DNA of 64,000 nucleotides from an uncultured bacterium (GTDB lineage Bacteria; Auribacterota; Erginobacteria; Erginobacterales; Erginobacteraceae), in the NCBI GenBank assembly GCA_963822585.1, contig CAWGIE010000017.1, positions 1 to 64,000 of the forward strand, written 5' to 3'. Made by a program: the position numbers and the translations under genes. The notes beneath the pieces were generated by a model. The model saw only the letters and a program-made list of their open reading frames with translations, was not told where the DNA came from and searched no databases. Below, one piece after another: positions 49,964-59,153 of the stretch; within the stretch, counting starts at the first letter, position 1, and the number at the start of each line of letters is the position of its first letter.

Positions 49964-51247
49964 CTATATCCTCGTCTTTACTTCTTCGATAAAATCCTCG
50001 ACCTCCTGGGGAAGGGCCCAGTTGTAAATGTACTTCAGTTTGCTGATCAGGCTGACGGTGAGGTACACACCGGCGGCGTAGCTGTGTCCGGCGATCCGGC
50101 AGGGCTTTCCCTTGATTGATTTCAAGCCCCGGAGAGCGTCAACTTTGAACTTTCTCTCCTTGCCTCCCCGGATGCTGAGACGGTCGTTCTTCAAAACCAT
50201 GATGTAGAAATCGGGGTTGTGATACTGGACGATATCGTATCCGATGGAAGCGGGAGGATTGTGCCGGGCGAACTTCCGTTTCAGGTCGCCGGCCGCGTCG
50301 TATTCCTCCCGGAAGACCCGGAGATCCACGATCAGGAACTTCATCCCCGACTGGGTCTTCTCCTCCCGGTGCTTCCCCTCGGCGAACTTTTTGTAAATGA
50401 CCTCCTCGTCCGCCATCCGCTTGATCTTGAACTTGTCGGCCACGGAAAGGGATCGGTCGGCGGCGATCTTGATGATCAGATCGGCGATTTCGCCGGCCGA
50501 GGGAGCGCTCTGGACGGAGAGGATAAGCAGCCGCCAATTCTTTCCCCAGGCTTCTTCTTCCGGCTTGAGCTTGTTATTGATCAGGCGCATCAGCTGGGCG
50601 GCGTAAGGGTCGTCTTCGCCGGTGATTCTCTTGAAGACGATATCAGCCGCGTTCTGGAAGTGCGGGTTGACTATCAGGTCGGCGCAATCCCGTTCCGCGG
50701 TATCGATGCTCAGAGGACTCCAGGGGTGATGGTCGTACCAGTAAATCTTCACCCCGGCCTTCTGAAGGTCGATCAGAGCGTCCTCGATATCGGCCAGGTT
50801 CTCGCTGGTGATCCCCACGTCCGTAATGAAGAGACGCTGGGGTTTATCCGGGTTTTTGGCCAGAGACCGGAGAGCGTACTGGATGCCGCGGGCGGTTGTC
50901 ACCTGGACCTTGGCCAGGGGAGAAAAGTGTTTGAGCAGCGCCCCCGAGATGATCCCGTCCCAGTCGTTATGGGTGATGATATGATCGAAGATTTCGGATG
51001 ATCGGGGGATATCCAGCTTGGTCAGTTCCAGCGAATCCGGCGCCGGGGCTGCCTCACCCGCTTCCGCGTATTGTTCATCTTCGATATTCCCCACCTCCAT
51101 CAGAGGGTCTTCTTCGTGCTCCTCTTCCGTCGCCAGCTCCTGCCAGTCTCCGGCCTTTTTCCTGAGCAGGCGGGTCAGATCGAGCGCGAGCAGCAGGAAA
51201 ATGACGAAAGCCACTCCTCCGACTATAAACAGGATATGAGGATCCAT
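49964..51247 (-). CDS. Membrane-anchored DHH-family phosphoesterase
   Basis: N-terminal TM and acidic linker; THNDWDG, ITDVG, YDHH, AGHSYAAG. Confidence 0.85.
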   Translation of the reverse strand: MDPHILFIVGGVAFVIFLLLALDLTRLLRKKAGDWQELATEEEHEEDPLMEVGNIEDEQYAEAGEAAPAPDSLELTKLDIPRSSEIFDHIITHNDWDGIISGALLKHFSPLAKVQVTTARGIQYALRSLAKNPDKPQRLFITDVGITSENLADIEDALIDLQKAGVKIYWYDHHPWSPLSIDTAERDCADLIVNPHFQNAADIVFKRITGEDDPYAAQLMRLINNKLKPEEEAWGKNWRLLILSVQSAPSAGEIADLIIKIAADRSLSVADKFKIKRMADEEVIYKKFAEGKHREEKTQSGMKFLIVDLRVFREEYDAAGDLKRKFARHNPPASIGYDIVQYHNPDFYIMVLKNDRLSIRGGKERKFKVDALRGLKSIKGKPCRIAGHSYAAGVYLTVSLISKLKYIYNWALPQEVEDFIEEVKTRI

Positions 51248-51425
51248 GTGATCTCCTCTCTCTGGTTATGCTATTTATTAAACGCAGCGATGAAAAAAAC
51301 TACGAATTACGCTGATTACACTAATGTATTTTTAAATTTCCCGGCAATGTCGTTTCACTGCTTGACCGCTCTTATTTTTTTTGCCCCGCCCCGGCTGTAC
51401 TAATCGGGGGGGAAAAAATAAGAAG

Positions 51426-52382
51426 TTATTCTTCGGTGGGCACGGGACTATTTTCCTCATAACCGGTGGTTACCTCGTAGGTCTTGCCGTCGGTGAGCAC
51501 CGTGATGTTCCCTTGATAATCGGTCCGGTAGAAATCCGCCCCGGTCTCCCGGAAAAGCTGCATGGGCCCCCAGTGGGGATGATCGAACTTGTTTCTCTTC
51601 CCGGCGGAGATGGTGACGACTTCCGGATCGCACAGGTAATAAAAGAGGGGGCCGTTGGCCGTCTTCGAGCCGTGATGGCCGGCTTTCAGGACCGTGCTTT
51701 TCAGGCGGGCCCCGGAGGAGATGATGGCGGCTTCCTCCTCGTGCTCGCAGTCGCCGGTAAAAAGGAAGGAAACGTCTCCGTATTCCAGCCGGATGACGAC
51801 AGAGTTATTGTTCAGGTCCCCAGTATCCCTCCTCGCTACCGGCCCCGAAGGGGCAAGCACCTGGGCGGTGACGAACTTCCCCCAGTCCAGGACCTGCCCG
51901 GCATCCGCTATCTTGAAGGGAATTTTCTTCTTCTCGATTGCCGCTATGTAATCTTTATAGGTACCGGTCGTATGGACGATGCCGCAGTCGAGCACCATCC
52001 CGATCGGAAATGTACTGTTTAATACCGCCACCAAGCCGCCGGTGTGATCATAATCGGGATGGGTGGCGACCACGACGTCGATTTTTTTCACCCCCTGGCT
52101 TTCCAGATACGGGAGCACGACCTCCACCCCGGCGTCGAAGGGCGAATACCGGGTGGCCGACTGCCCCCCGTCGATAACGATGACTTTCCCGTCCGGGGTC
52201 TGGATCACCTCGGAATCGCCCTGGCGGATATTCAGGAAGGTCACTTTGAGAATATCCTTCCCTTCCAGGGCTCGGACGGGGGACGGAACAAAGAGATACA
52301 AAACGCTGACAAATATCAGCAGAATGAACACACCGGTTTGTTTTAATCTTTTCACGGCATCCCCGTCATTGTTCACAGTCAA
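51426..52382 (-). CDS. Secreted ComEC/Rec2-like metallo-beta-lactamase nuclease
   Basis: Signal peptide, QGDS, THPDYDHTGG, NNNSVV, FTGD, KAGHHGS, FDHP, YRTD. Confidence 0.92.
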   Translation of the reverse strand: MTVNNDGDAVKRLKQTGVFILLIFVSVLYLFVPSPVRALEGKDILKVTFLNIRQGDSEVIQTPDGKVIVIDGGQSATRYSPFDAGVEVVLPYLESQGVKKIDVVVATHPDYDHTGGLVAVLNSTFPIGMVLDCGIVHTTGTYKDYIAAIEKKKIPFKIADAGQVLDWGKFVTAQVLAPSGPVARRDTGDLNNNSVVIRLEYGDVSFLFTGDCEHEEEAAIISSGARLKSTVLKAGHHGSKTANGPLFYYLCDPEVVTISAGKRNKFDHPHWGPMQLFRETGADFYRTDYQGNITVLTDGKTYEVTTGYEENSPVPTEE

Positions 52383-52492
52383 CCCGATTTATTCCCGTCT
52401 GAAGCCGGGCTGCGGTCATCGGGTTGCAGCGGCGATAATTTCCGAAGCGCGCGGACTCGCGCCCGCGCGCTTCGGAAATTGCCGGTTGCGGT

Positions 52493-52771
52493 TTACTCAG
52501 CCGCCGGCGGATTGCAGACCAGCCCGGAGTCGATCATCTTCTGAAGGGTCTTCATCCCGATGCCCTTGACGCGAGTCACATCGTTGATGCTCGCGAAGGG
52601 GCCGTTCTCATTCCGATATTCAATGATCTTCTCGGCAGTCTTGGGTCCGATCCCTTTGATGGCCGTCAGTTCAGACGCGGTCGCGGTATTGATATCGACC
52701 TCGGCCAGCAGGGGAGCGGTAATCGCCAGGGCCAGAAGAGCAATCATACTGCATGCAATGATTGATCTCAT
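52493..52771 (-). CDS. comEA: ComEA-like helix-hairpin-helix DNA receptor
   Basis: RBS, signal peptide, VDINTAT...IKGIGPKTAEKIIEYR..NGPF...VKGIG. Confidence 0.93.
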   Translation of the reverse strand: MRSIIACSMIALLALAITAPLLAEVDINTATASELTAIKGIGPKTAEKIIEYRNENGPFASINDVTRVKGIGMKTLQKMIDSGLVCNPPAAE

Positions 52772-52918
52772 GCTGGTTTTCCTCCTGTTTTTTGTGCCCT
52801 GTTCGGGCTTGTTTATCGTGCCGACGCGGCACGAGATTTTTTGCATATGGATCGGCCGCGATCTCCCGGCCGGCATTGATATAATTAATATCTTTTCGTG
52901 GGTCTGTTCCCTTTCCGT

Positions 52919-53200
52919 CTACGGATTCCCGGCGTACAGCCCCTGTTTTTTCAGGGACTCGATCATGCCCGTGTCCACCCCCAGGACGCGCCGCTGCAGG
53001 TCGTCAAGAGAGCGATAGGGGCCGTTTGCCCGACGCTCGGCAATAAACTTGGCGGCGATCTTGGGGCCGATCCCCGGCAGGCTCTGGAGTTCCTGGCTGC
53101 CGGCGGTGTTAAGATTGACCCCGGACTGCGCCAGGCTCCTCCCGTCCGCCAAAAGGGCCGCCGCGATAATCAGCGCCGCAAGAATATAACCTCGTATCAT
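52919..53200 (-). CDS. Second ComEA-like HhH protein
   Basis: Signal peptide, VNLNTA...LPGIGPKIA...R.NGPY; second HhH degenerate. Confidence 0.88.
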   Translation of the reverse strand: MIRGYILAALIIAAALLADGRSLAQSGVNLNTAGSQELQSLPGIGPKIAAKFIAERRANGPYRSLDDLQRRVLGVDTGMIESLKKQGLYAGNP

Positions 53201-53280
53201 TGTCGTGAATCTTTTCCCACTTTAGACGTTACGGTATGGTTTCTATTCTATTATATTTTCCCGGAGGGAAAATAAATATG

Positions 53281-56200
53281 TTACATCCCTCCGCCCACCT
53301 CCATCGCTTTCTCCACGGTTTCGCCCTCCGCTCCCTCCCCGGGCTGTTCGAGGGAGGTTATCACCTGGTAGTTCTCCCCGTCGGTGATGACGGTGACGGC
53401 CCCCATCTCTTTGGTGTTGTAGGATTTGATCCCTTGCGCCTGACAGAAGTCCCACGCTTCCAAAAACTTCTTGCTCGGGCGCCCGAAGCTCCCGCCCGGG
53501 TACTGAAAGACGGCGACCTTCGGTTTGACCAGCTGCAGAAGGATGGTGGGATCGAAGTATTTCCCTCCCTTTCCGAACTGCGGTGCCTGGTAGATGGTGG
53601 CTCCCAGGCCGCCCTTGACGTTCTGGGCCATGTTGTTGGCGCCTTCATTATCAAGGAGGCTGGGGAAGATGAAGGAGACGTCCCCGTATCGGAGGGAGAC
53701 GACCACCGAGTTCACCTCGTTGACGTACTTCCCGGTCACCCGTTCCGCGGGCGGGTTGAGGATGGTGGCCTCCAGAATCAGGGGCTTATCCTTGCCTTCC
53801 GCGCTCTCAACGGTCCGGATCTTCTCCGGTTCGATGATCACGATCCCCTGGTTTGCCGGGCTGACCGGAATATTCTGGGTCCGGGCCGAGAAGAGCAGGT
53901 AGTGATACTGCATGAACATCTCATCGCCCCGGTAGAGTTTGTCATCGGGATTTTCGCTTTTGAAACCGATGGCGGCGATGAAGAGATCGTACAGTTCCAT
54001 CCGGTAGGCGATCAGCTCATCGATATCCGCGACCACCCCTCCCTGTTCATAAACAAACCACTGGAACTGCTGGGGGAGGTTGGAGACGAAGCCATGATAT
54101 TCGTCCGGCGGCAGCACCGGGAGTTTCCACTTTTTAGCCAGGGCTTCCGCCTCTTCCCGGGTGAACTCTTCATCCGGATGGAGCCACTTCTCGGTGGAGA
54201 TGATGGACTCGATTAATTTCTCATGCCCCTCCGCCTCCTTCTCCTTCAGAGTCTGGATGGCGTCTTCGGTGATCGTCATGGGGTCGTATTTCGGATTCGG
54301 TTCCCGGGGAAGGGTCTGGAGGGCGGCGGTTATCTCATCGTCCGGTATCTTCCGGAAATAGGTCATGAACTGCAAGGCGTCTTCCGGCTGGAAGAGATCC
54401 AGGAGCAGCAGCCGGTAATACCGCTCGGCGTCGCCTTGATAGGCGGGGGCGAGGGCGATGGCGAACCGGTTCAGGTTGATGTCTTTCGGCCCGAATTCGG
54501 AAGGAGACAGGCAGGTGTAAAGGCGTTTGATATAGTAATCGTGCGATCCGACGATATAATTCAGCCCTCCCAGAACCCGGGCGTCGGGACTGGTGTTGAT
54601 GACCGCGTCGAAAGAAACGATCTTTTCCGAGAGCAGCACCTCCTCGGCGGTCCGCTGGCCCTGGTTCAGATACGAATACCTTTTCTTGTAGAACTCCCAG
54701 CCGGCCGAGCCCCCGTCGATGAGAACGTTGTCTCCATTGGGAGCCTCGATCAGGGCGCACATCCCGTCCTTCCATCCCATCGACATGAAGATCACCTTGA
54801 GCTCGGGGATGCTGGAAGAGATGAACCCCGTCGCCGTGAACACGATCCCGATTAAAAGGGCCGCCAGGGCGCCGTATACCCGCATCCGGCAGGGCGCGTC
54901 GGCCATGGATTTTTTTACCCGGACATAGGCGATCTTCAGACTGAGAATAATCTTTTCCCGGTAGATGAAGAAGGCGACGACCAGGTAGAAGACAACCAGC
55001 GGGATCGGCCCCGGTTTGGGAACCTGGGGATAGGGGAAGGTCCGGGCAAAGAAATCATCCATCCAGATAAAGAAGTGCATCCCCACCCAGTTGGCCGCGG
55101 TGATGAGCAACCCCACCGGCATGCCGATCAGAGGGATAAAGCCGATCAGGGTGGCCAGCATTCCCAGGGGGAGAATGATCCCGATCAGCGGGATGGCGAT
55201 AAAATTGGCGAAGGGGGCGGCCAGGGACATGCGATGGAAGATAACCATGGAGAGCGGAACAATACTGCACTGGATGGCGACCTGGGCGGCGATGAAGGTT
55301 CGGAGCCATCTCCCCGGGATCTTGCTGAAGCGGGGCCGGAAGGGGATCACCTGCTGAATCAGGAAGGAGACCGGGATGGCGATCAGAAAGCCCCAGAAAA
55401 GCTTCGCTTTCAGTACCCCCCAGGGGTTTCCCAGGTTCATGAAGATCAGCCCGGCGAAAACGGCTACCGCCGCGAAGGTGACCAGGCTGTAGAGGTTATT
55501 GAGCTTGAAGTTGAAGAAATCCTCGATCGGTCCGCTGAGGAGTCCCAGGAAGAGAACGGCGGAAAAAGACATCAGGAACGAGGCCGAAGGCAGGATCAAT
55601 GGGCCGCCGTAACCCGCGGGAAGGAAACAGATGATGACGATGGCGGCGAAGCAGATCGACATGATCAGGGATTTCTGGATATTCTTGCCGAAATAAGTAA
55701 AGAAGATGAGCACGAAGCTGTTCATGGTGGCGGCCCGCAGGGTTGACGGGCGGGCCCCCGTTATGATCGTGAAGACCAGCAGGAAGAGCACCGCGATCGG
55801 CGCCCAGATGGATTTCGGGATCGGGGTCTGGTTGAAGATGAGGAGGAGCAGTCCGGCGATAATGGTCACGTGCAGCCCGGAAACGGCGAAGACGTGGGCG
55901 GTACCGGACGCCTGGGAATCCCTGACGATCTTGTCGGGGACGCCCTTCTTCAGCCCGATGAAGATACCGGAGAGAAAACCCGATTCCGGAAAGGGAGTGG
56001 TCTGACGGATGACGCCCAGGAGTTCGTATTTGATCCCCATGCACCAGTTGATGAAGAAGTTGCCGCCGGTGGGCTTGATGATCTCGATGGTGTCGAGCTG
56101 CTTGGTGGTCCAGTTTTCCTTTCCCTGTATCCGCATTGTGGTGAAGGTGTTGACGGACTCCAGGTAAGCGCGGTAGTCGAAACCGCCCGGGTTCTCCGCC

Positions 56201-57123
56201 GGGGGAGGTGTCTGGAGAGGGGCGAGGATTCTGACCGTGTCCCCGTATGCCCGCCAGTCGGAGACGGCGGGGTAAATCTCGTCCCGGTTGAGATCTTTAT
56301 CGACGATGGTGACCAGTATCCAGCCGGCGTCGATCCGGCTTATCCATCCTTTCCCGGGGTCGGGCGGTCCCAGTTCATCCACCGACATCTGGATGACCTC
56401 GATATCCTTGCTCGAAGGGGTATAGTCGCCGCTGGAGAATTCCTTCCGGATGATCTCGGCGGGGTCGGCCTTCGGATCTGCGGCCAATCGGTCACGGACC
56501 CGGAGGAGGGCGAGGAGAGCTTCCGCATCGGTGTCCCATTCCCGGTTGAGTCCGTTCATTTCGCTGATGATCTGTTCGATGGTGCTGAGGCCTTTCGGGT
56601 TCTTGTCGATCTTGGCCACGATGTAAGGCTCGACGGTCAGGCGGGTGTCCTCTTTTTCCGGCCGGACTTCCGGCTCCTTGACGATCATCCCGTAGACCAG
56701 GCTCTGGGTATTTTTATCGTCTCCGCCCCAGTGGACCAGGTGGGTCAACGATGTCCGGTCGAGGTGTACGCAGGTGAGGCCGTATCCCAGAACCAGCGCG
56801 CTCAGTATCCAGAAGGGGAGCGCGTTGAGCTTAATGAACCAGAAGACGATCGAGATCAGGAAGAGCGCCGCGAATATCCCCATCAGGTACATGTTCAGCC
56901 CGGTTGCGGTCGGCAAGGCCAGCATAAAAACACAGATGGCGGCACAGAGCAGGAGAAAAGCCAGGACCCGGAAGCGGTAGATGAAGGAGACGATTACGCC
57001 CAGGAGCAGAAAACCGGCGGCGATAACGGGAGGGGTGGAGAGTTCGAATGAATCCGGGTGAATCAACCGCATGAGAATGCCGAGAGCGAGAAAGGCGGAA
57101 AAAGAAACGATATATGTTTGCAT
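53281..57123 (-). CDS. comEC: Giant ComEC/Rec2 DNA uptake channel (1280 aa) with insertions and degenerate MBL domain
   Basis: NPGGFDYRAYL, SGTAHVFAVSGLHV, GARPSTLRA, SFLMSF, ANFIAIP, followed by an MBL-like fold. Confidence 0.92.
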   Translation of the reverse strand: MQTYIVSFSAFLALGILMRLIHPDSFELSTPPVIAAGFLLLGVIVSFIYRFRVLAFLLLCAAICVFMLALPTATGLNMYLMGIFAALFLISIVFWFIKLNALPFWILSALVLGYGLTCVHLDRTSLTHLVHWGGDDKNTQSLVYGMIVKEPEVRPEKEDTRLTVEPYIVAKIDKNPKGLSTIEQIISEMNGLNREWDTDAEALLALLRVRDRLAADPKADPAEIIRKEFSSGDYTPSSKDIEVIQMSVDELGPPDPGKGWISRIDAGWILVTIVDKDLNRDEIYPAVSDWRAYGDTVRILAPLQTPPPAENPGGFDYRAYLESVNTFTTMRIQGKENWTTKQLDTIEIIKPTGGNFFINWCMGIKYELLGVIRQTTPFPESGFLSGIFIGLKKGVPDKIVRDSQASGTAHVFAVSGLHVTIIAGLLLLIFNQTPIPKSIWAPIAVLFLLVFTIITGARPSTLRAATMNSFVLIFFTYFGKNIQKSLIMSICFAAIVIICFLPAGYGGPLILPSASFLMSFSAVLFLGLLSGPIEDFFNFKLNNLYSLVTFAAVAVFAGLIFMNLGNPWGVLKAKLFWGFLIAIPVSFLIQQVIPFRPRFSKIPGRWLRTFIAAQVAIQCSIVPLSMVIFHRMSLAAPFANFIAIPLIGIILPLGMLATLIGFIPLIGMPVGLLITAANWVGMHFFIWMDDFFARTFPYPQVPKPGPIPLVVFYLVVAFFIYREKIILSLKIAYVRVKKSMADAPCRMRVYGALAALLIGIVFTATGFISSSIPELKVIFMSMGWKDGMCALIEAPNGDNVLIDGGSAGWEFYKKRYSYLNQGQRTAEEVLLSEKIVSFDAVINTSPDARVLGGLNYIVGSHDYYIKRLYTCLSPSEFGPKDINLNRFAIALAPAYQGDAERYYRLLLLDLFQPEDALQFMTYFRKIPDDEITAALQTLPREPNPKYDPMTITEDAIQTLKEKEAEGHEKLIESIISTEKWLHPDEEFTREEAEALAKKWKLPVLPPDEYHGFVSNLPQQFQWFVYEQGGVVADIDELIAYRMELYDLFIAAIGFKSENPDDKLYRGDEMFMQYHYLLFSARTQNIPVSPANQGIVIIEPEKIRTVESAEGKDKPLILEATILNPPAERVTGKYVNEVNSVVVSLRYGDVSFIFPSLLDNEGANNMAQNVKGGLGATIYQAPQFGKGGKYFDPTILLQLVKPKVAVFQYPGGSFGRPSKKFLEAWDFCQAQGIKSYNTKEMGAVTVITDGENYQVITSLEQPGEGAEGETVEKAMEVGGGM

Positions 57124-57148
57124 GGAAAAACCCCGGATCGTTTGCGGT

Positions 57149-57292
57149 TTAGTGTTGGGCCAAGCTGGAGTAAAAGTCCCTGTTGGAAACCAGGTTGTAA
57201 TCCCGGCGGTAGTTCTTATTCAAGATCAAAACCACCGCTCCGATCAGGGCGGCGACTACCAGCAGGTAGAAAAGGGTTTTGGCGCTTCCCAT
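57149..57292 (-). CDS. Small single-TM protein (47 aa) below the ORF-track cutoff
   Basis: AAGGAG RBS; MGSAKTLFYLLVVAALIGAVVLILNKNYRRDYNLVSNRDFYSSLAQH*; ends 25 nt before comEC. Confidence 0.7.
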   Translation of the reverse strand: MGSAKTLFYLLVVAALIGAVVLILNKNYRRDYNLVSNRDFYSSLAQH

Positions 57293-57382
57293 AGCGGACT
57301 CCTTAGTGTTATTTCCCGCGATGTTTTACAGTCACATAATTTATTGTGTTGATGGCAATAATTTAAAGGAAATATTTATTTT

Positions 57383-57580
57383 AATGTCGAAATCCGAATG
57401 TCGAAATCCGAAAGAATGTCGAATGAACTAATGACCAAACACATTGAGGCTCGGCCGTTTACACGGGGTCTCAATATCTGGCTTTGCGCTTGCGCGCCAA
57501 TGCCGTTCAGCAGTGTTGCTTCCTCATTTGGATTTTGTCATTGATTCGTCATTCGTCATTAGTCATTCGGGTTTTGGCAT
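57383..57580. repeat. Inverted heptamer arrays (AATGTCG/AAATCCG versus TTCGTCA)
   Basis: aatgtcgaaatccgaatgtcgaaatccgaaagaatgtcgaatg ... tcattgattcgtcattcgtcattagtcattcggg. Confidence 0.75.
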
Positions 57581-57632
57581 CATATAAAATTAGGCAACCT
57601 TCTCAAATATGGGAAAGGTGGATTATATTAGA

Positions 57633-58961
57633 TTAAGAAAAATTTTTAATACCGTCTTTATCGACTACTTTATAAATTATCGGGGGGGGCTGGCAAGGAG
57701 AATCTTTTATCTCCACCGCCCGGAGAGCCCGGTCTGCGATCGCTTCCAGACCGGTCTCTTTGTTGGTGAAGAGAGTCAGCAGGGTATCGCCCGCCTCAAC
57801 CCGGTCCCCGATTTTACGCTCGAAGATAATCCCCGCGCTCATGTCAATCTCATCGTCAGTCTTCGCCCGGCCGGCGCCCAGGGCTACGCAGATCATTCCC
57901 ATCTCCAGGGTATCGATGGCGTGGACGAAGCCGGCAGCCCCGGCCTGAACCGGGATTTTTCTGCCGGCCGGCGGAAACAGCCCGGGGTCGTCTATATAGG
58001 CGGTATCCCCTCCCTGGGCGGCGACCATCTCCTTGAATTTGAGGAGGCCCTTGCCTTCCCGAAGCGCTTTGCCCGCCAGCTCTTTCCCTTGCTCGATGGT
58101 CGCGGCTTTTCCCCCCATCTGGAGCATCATGCCGGCAATCTCCATCACCACCGTCATCAGGTCATCGGGCCCGTCGCCTTTCAGGCAGGCGATGGTTTCT
58201 ACTATCTCCAGAGCGTTCCCGGCGTAGCCGCCGAGCGGCTGGTTCATGTCGGTGATCAGTGCCTGCGCTTTCCGTCCGGAAAGGACCGCGATATCGACCA
58301 GTGTCCGGGCCATCTCTTCGGCCATCGAAAGCGTCTGCATGAACGCGCCCCGGCCGGTTTTGACATCAAAGACAAACGCGTCCGGGCCGGCGGCCAGCTT
58401 TTTGCTCATGATCGATCCGGCGATCAGGGGTATGCTGTCCACGGTGGCGGTGACGTCCCGCAGCGCGTACATCTTCTTGTCGGCCGGGGCCAGGGAGCGG
58501 GTCTGTCCGATGATAGCCACGCCGACCTCTTTGACCTGGCGGATGAACTCTTCTTCGGAGAGATTGACCCGGAACCCGGGGATCGCCTCCAGTTTGTCCA
58601 GCGTCCCTCCGGTATGTCCCAGGCCGCGGCCGCTCATCATGGGGACGGGGACCCCCAGGGCCGCGACCAGGGGAGCCAGAACCAGGCTCACCTTGTCGCC
58701 GACGCCGCCGGTGCTGTGCTTGTCCACGGTGATGCGGCCGATCGAGGAGAGGTCGATCTTGCCGCCGGAATCCAGCATCGCCCGGGTCAGGGCAGTGGAT
58801 TCTTCCGGCGACATCCCCCGGATAAAAACCGCCATCATCCAGGCGGCCATCTGATAGTCGGGGATAGTGCCTTTTGTATAGCCGTTAATGAAGTAGATGA
58901 TTTCTTCCGGGGAGAGTTCTCCGCCGTCCCTCTTCTTCATGATGATTTCATAAGGGGTCAT
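57633..58961 (-). CDS. pdp: Pyrimidine-nucleoside / thymidine phosphorylase
   Basis: KKRDG, PDYQ, VDKHSTGGVGDK, SGRGLGHTGGTLDKLE, YALRDVTATV, SIMSKK, LGAGR. Confidence 0.97.
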   Translation of the reverse strand: MTPYEIIMKKRDGGELSPEEIIYFINGYTKGTIPDYQMAAWMMAVFIRGMSPEESTALTRAMLDSGGKIDLSSIGRITVDKHSTGGVGDKVSLVLAPLVAALGVPVPMMSGRGLGHTGGTLDKLEAIPGFRVNLSEEEFIRQVKEVGVAIIGQTRSLAPADKKMYALRDVTATVDSIPLIAGSIMSKKLAAGPDAFVFDVKTGRGAFMQTLSMAEEMARTLVDIAVLSGRKAQALITDMNQPLGGYAGNALEIVETIACLKGDGPDDLMTVVMEIAGMMLQMGGKAATIEQGKELAGKALREGKGLLKFKEMVAAQGGDTAYIDDPGLFPPAGRKIPVQAGAAGFVHAIDTLEMGMICVALGAGRAKTDDEIDMSAGIIFERKIGDRVEAGDTLLTLFTNKETGLEAIADRALRAVEIKDSPCQPPPIIYKVVDKDGIKNFS

Positions 58962-59153
58962 AATATTTTTTCTCCTTATCAATGAGCGGCTTCGCCGCTA
59001 ATTTAGTGAGTTATTTTATCTTACGATAAAATTAGATTGTTTTAATTATTTTTTCTTCTCTTCACGTACGCAGGGATAAGAACAAGAATTCTAAAAACAA
59101 TCTCTTGTCCCCGTCAAGCGATAATTAATTTTTTCGGTAGCGGCCCGGAAAAA

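Noticed and set aside
52816..52845. GGCAC-containing site upstream of comEA as a sigma-54 promoter
   Set aside because: Spacing to TTGC does not fit on either strand; it is a short palindrome (tcgtgccg-acg-cggcacga) of unknown role.
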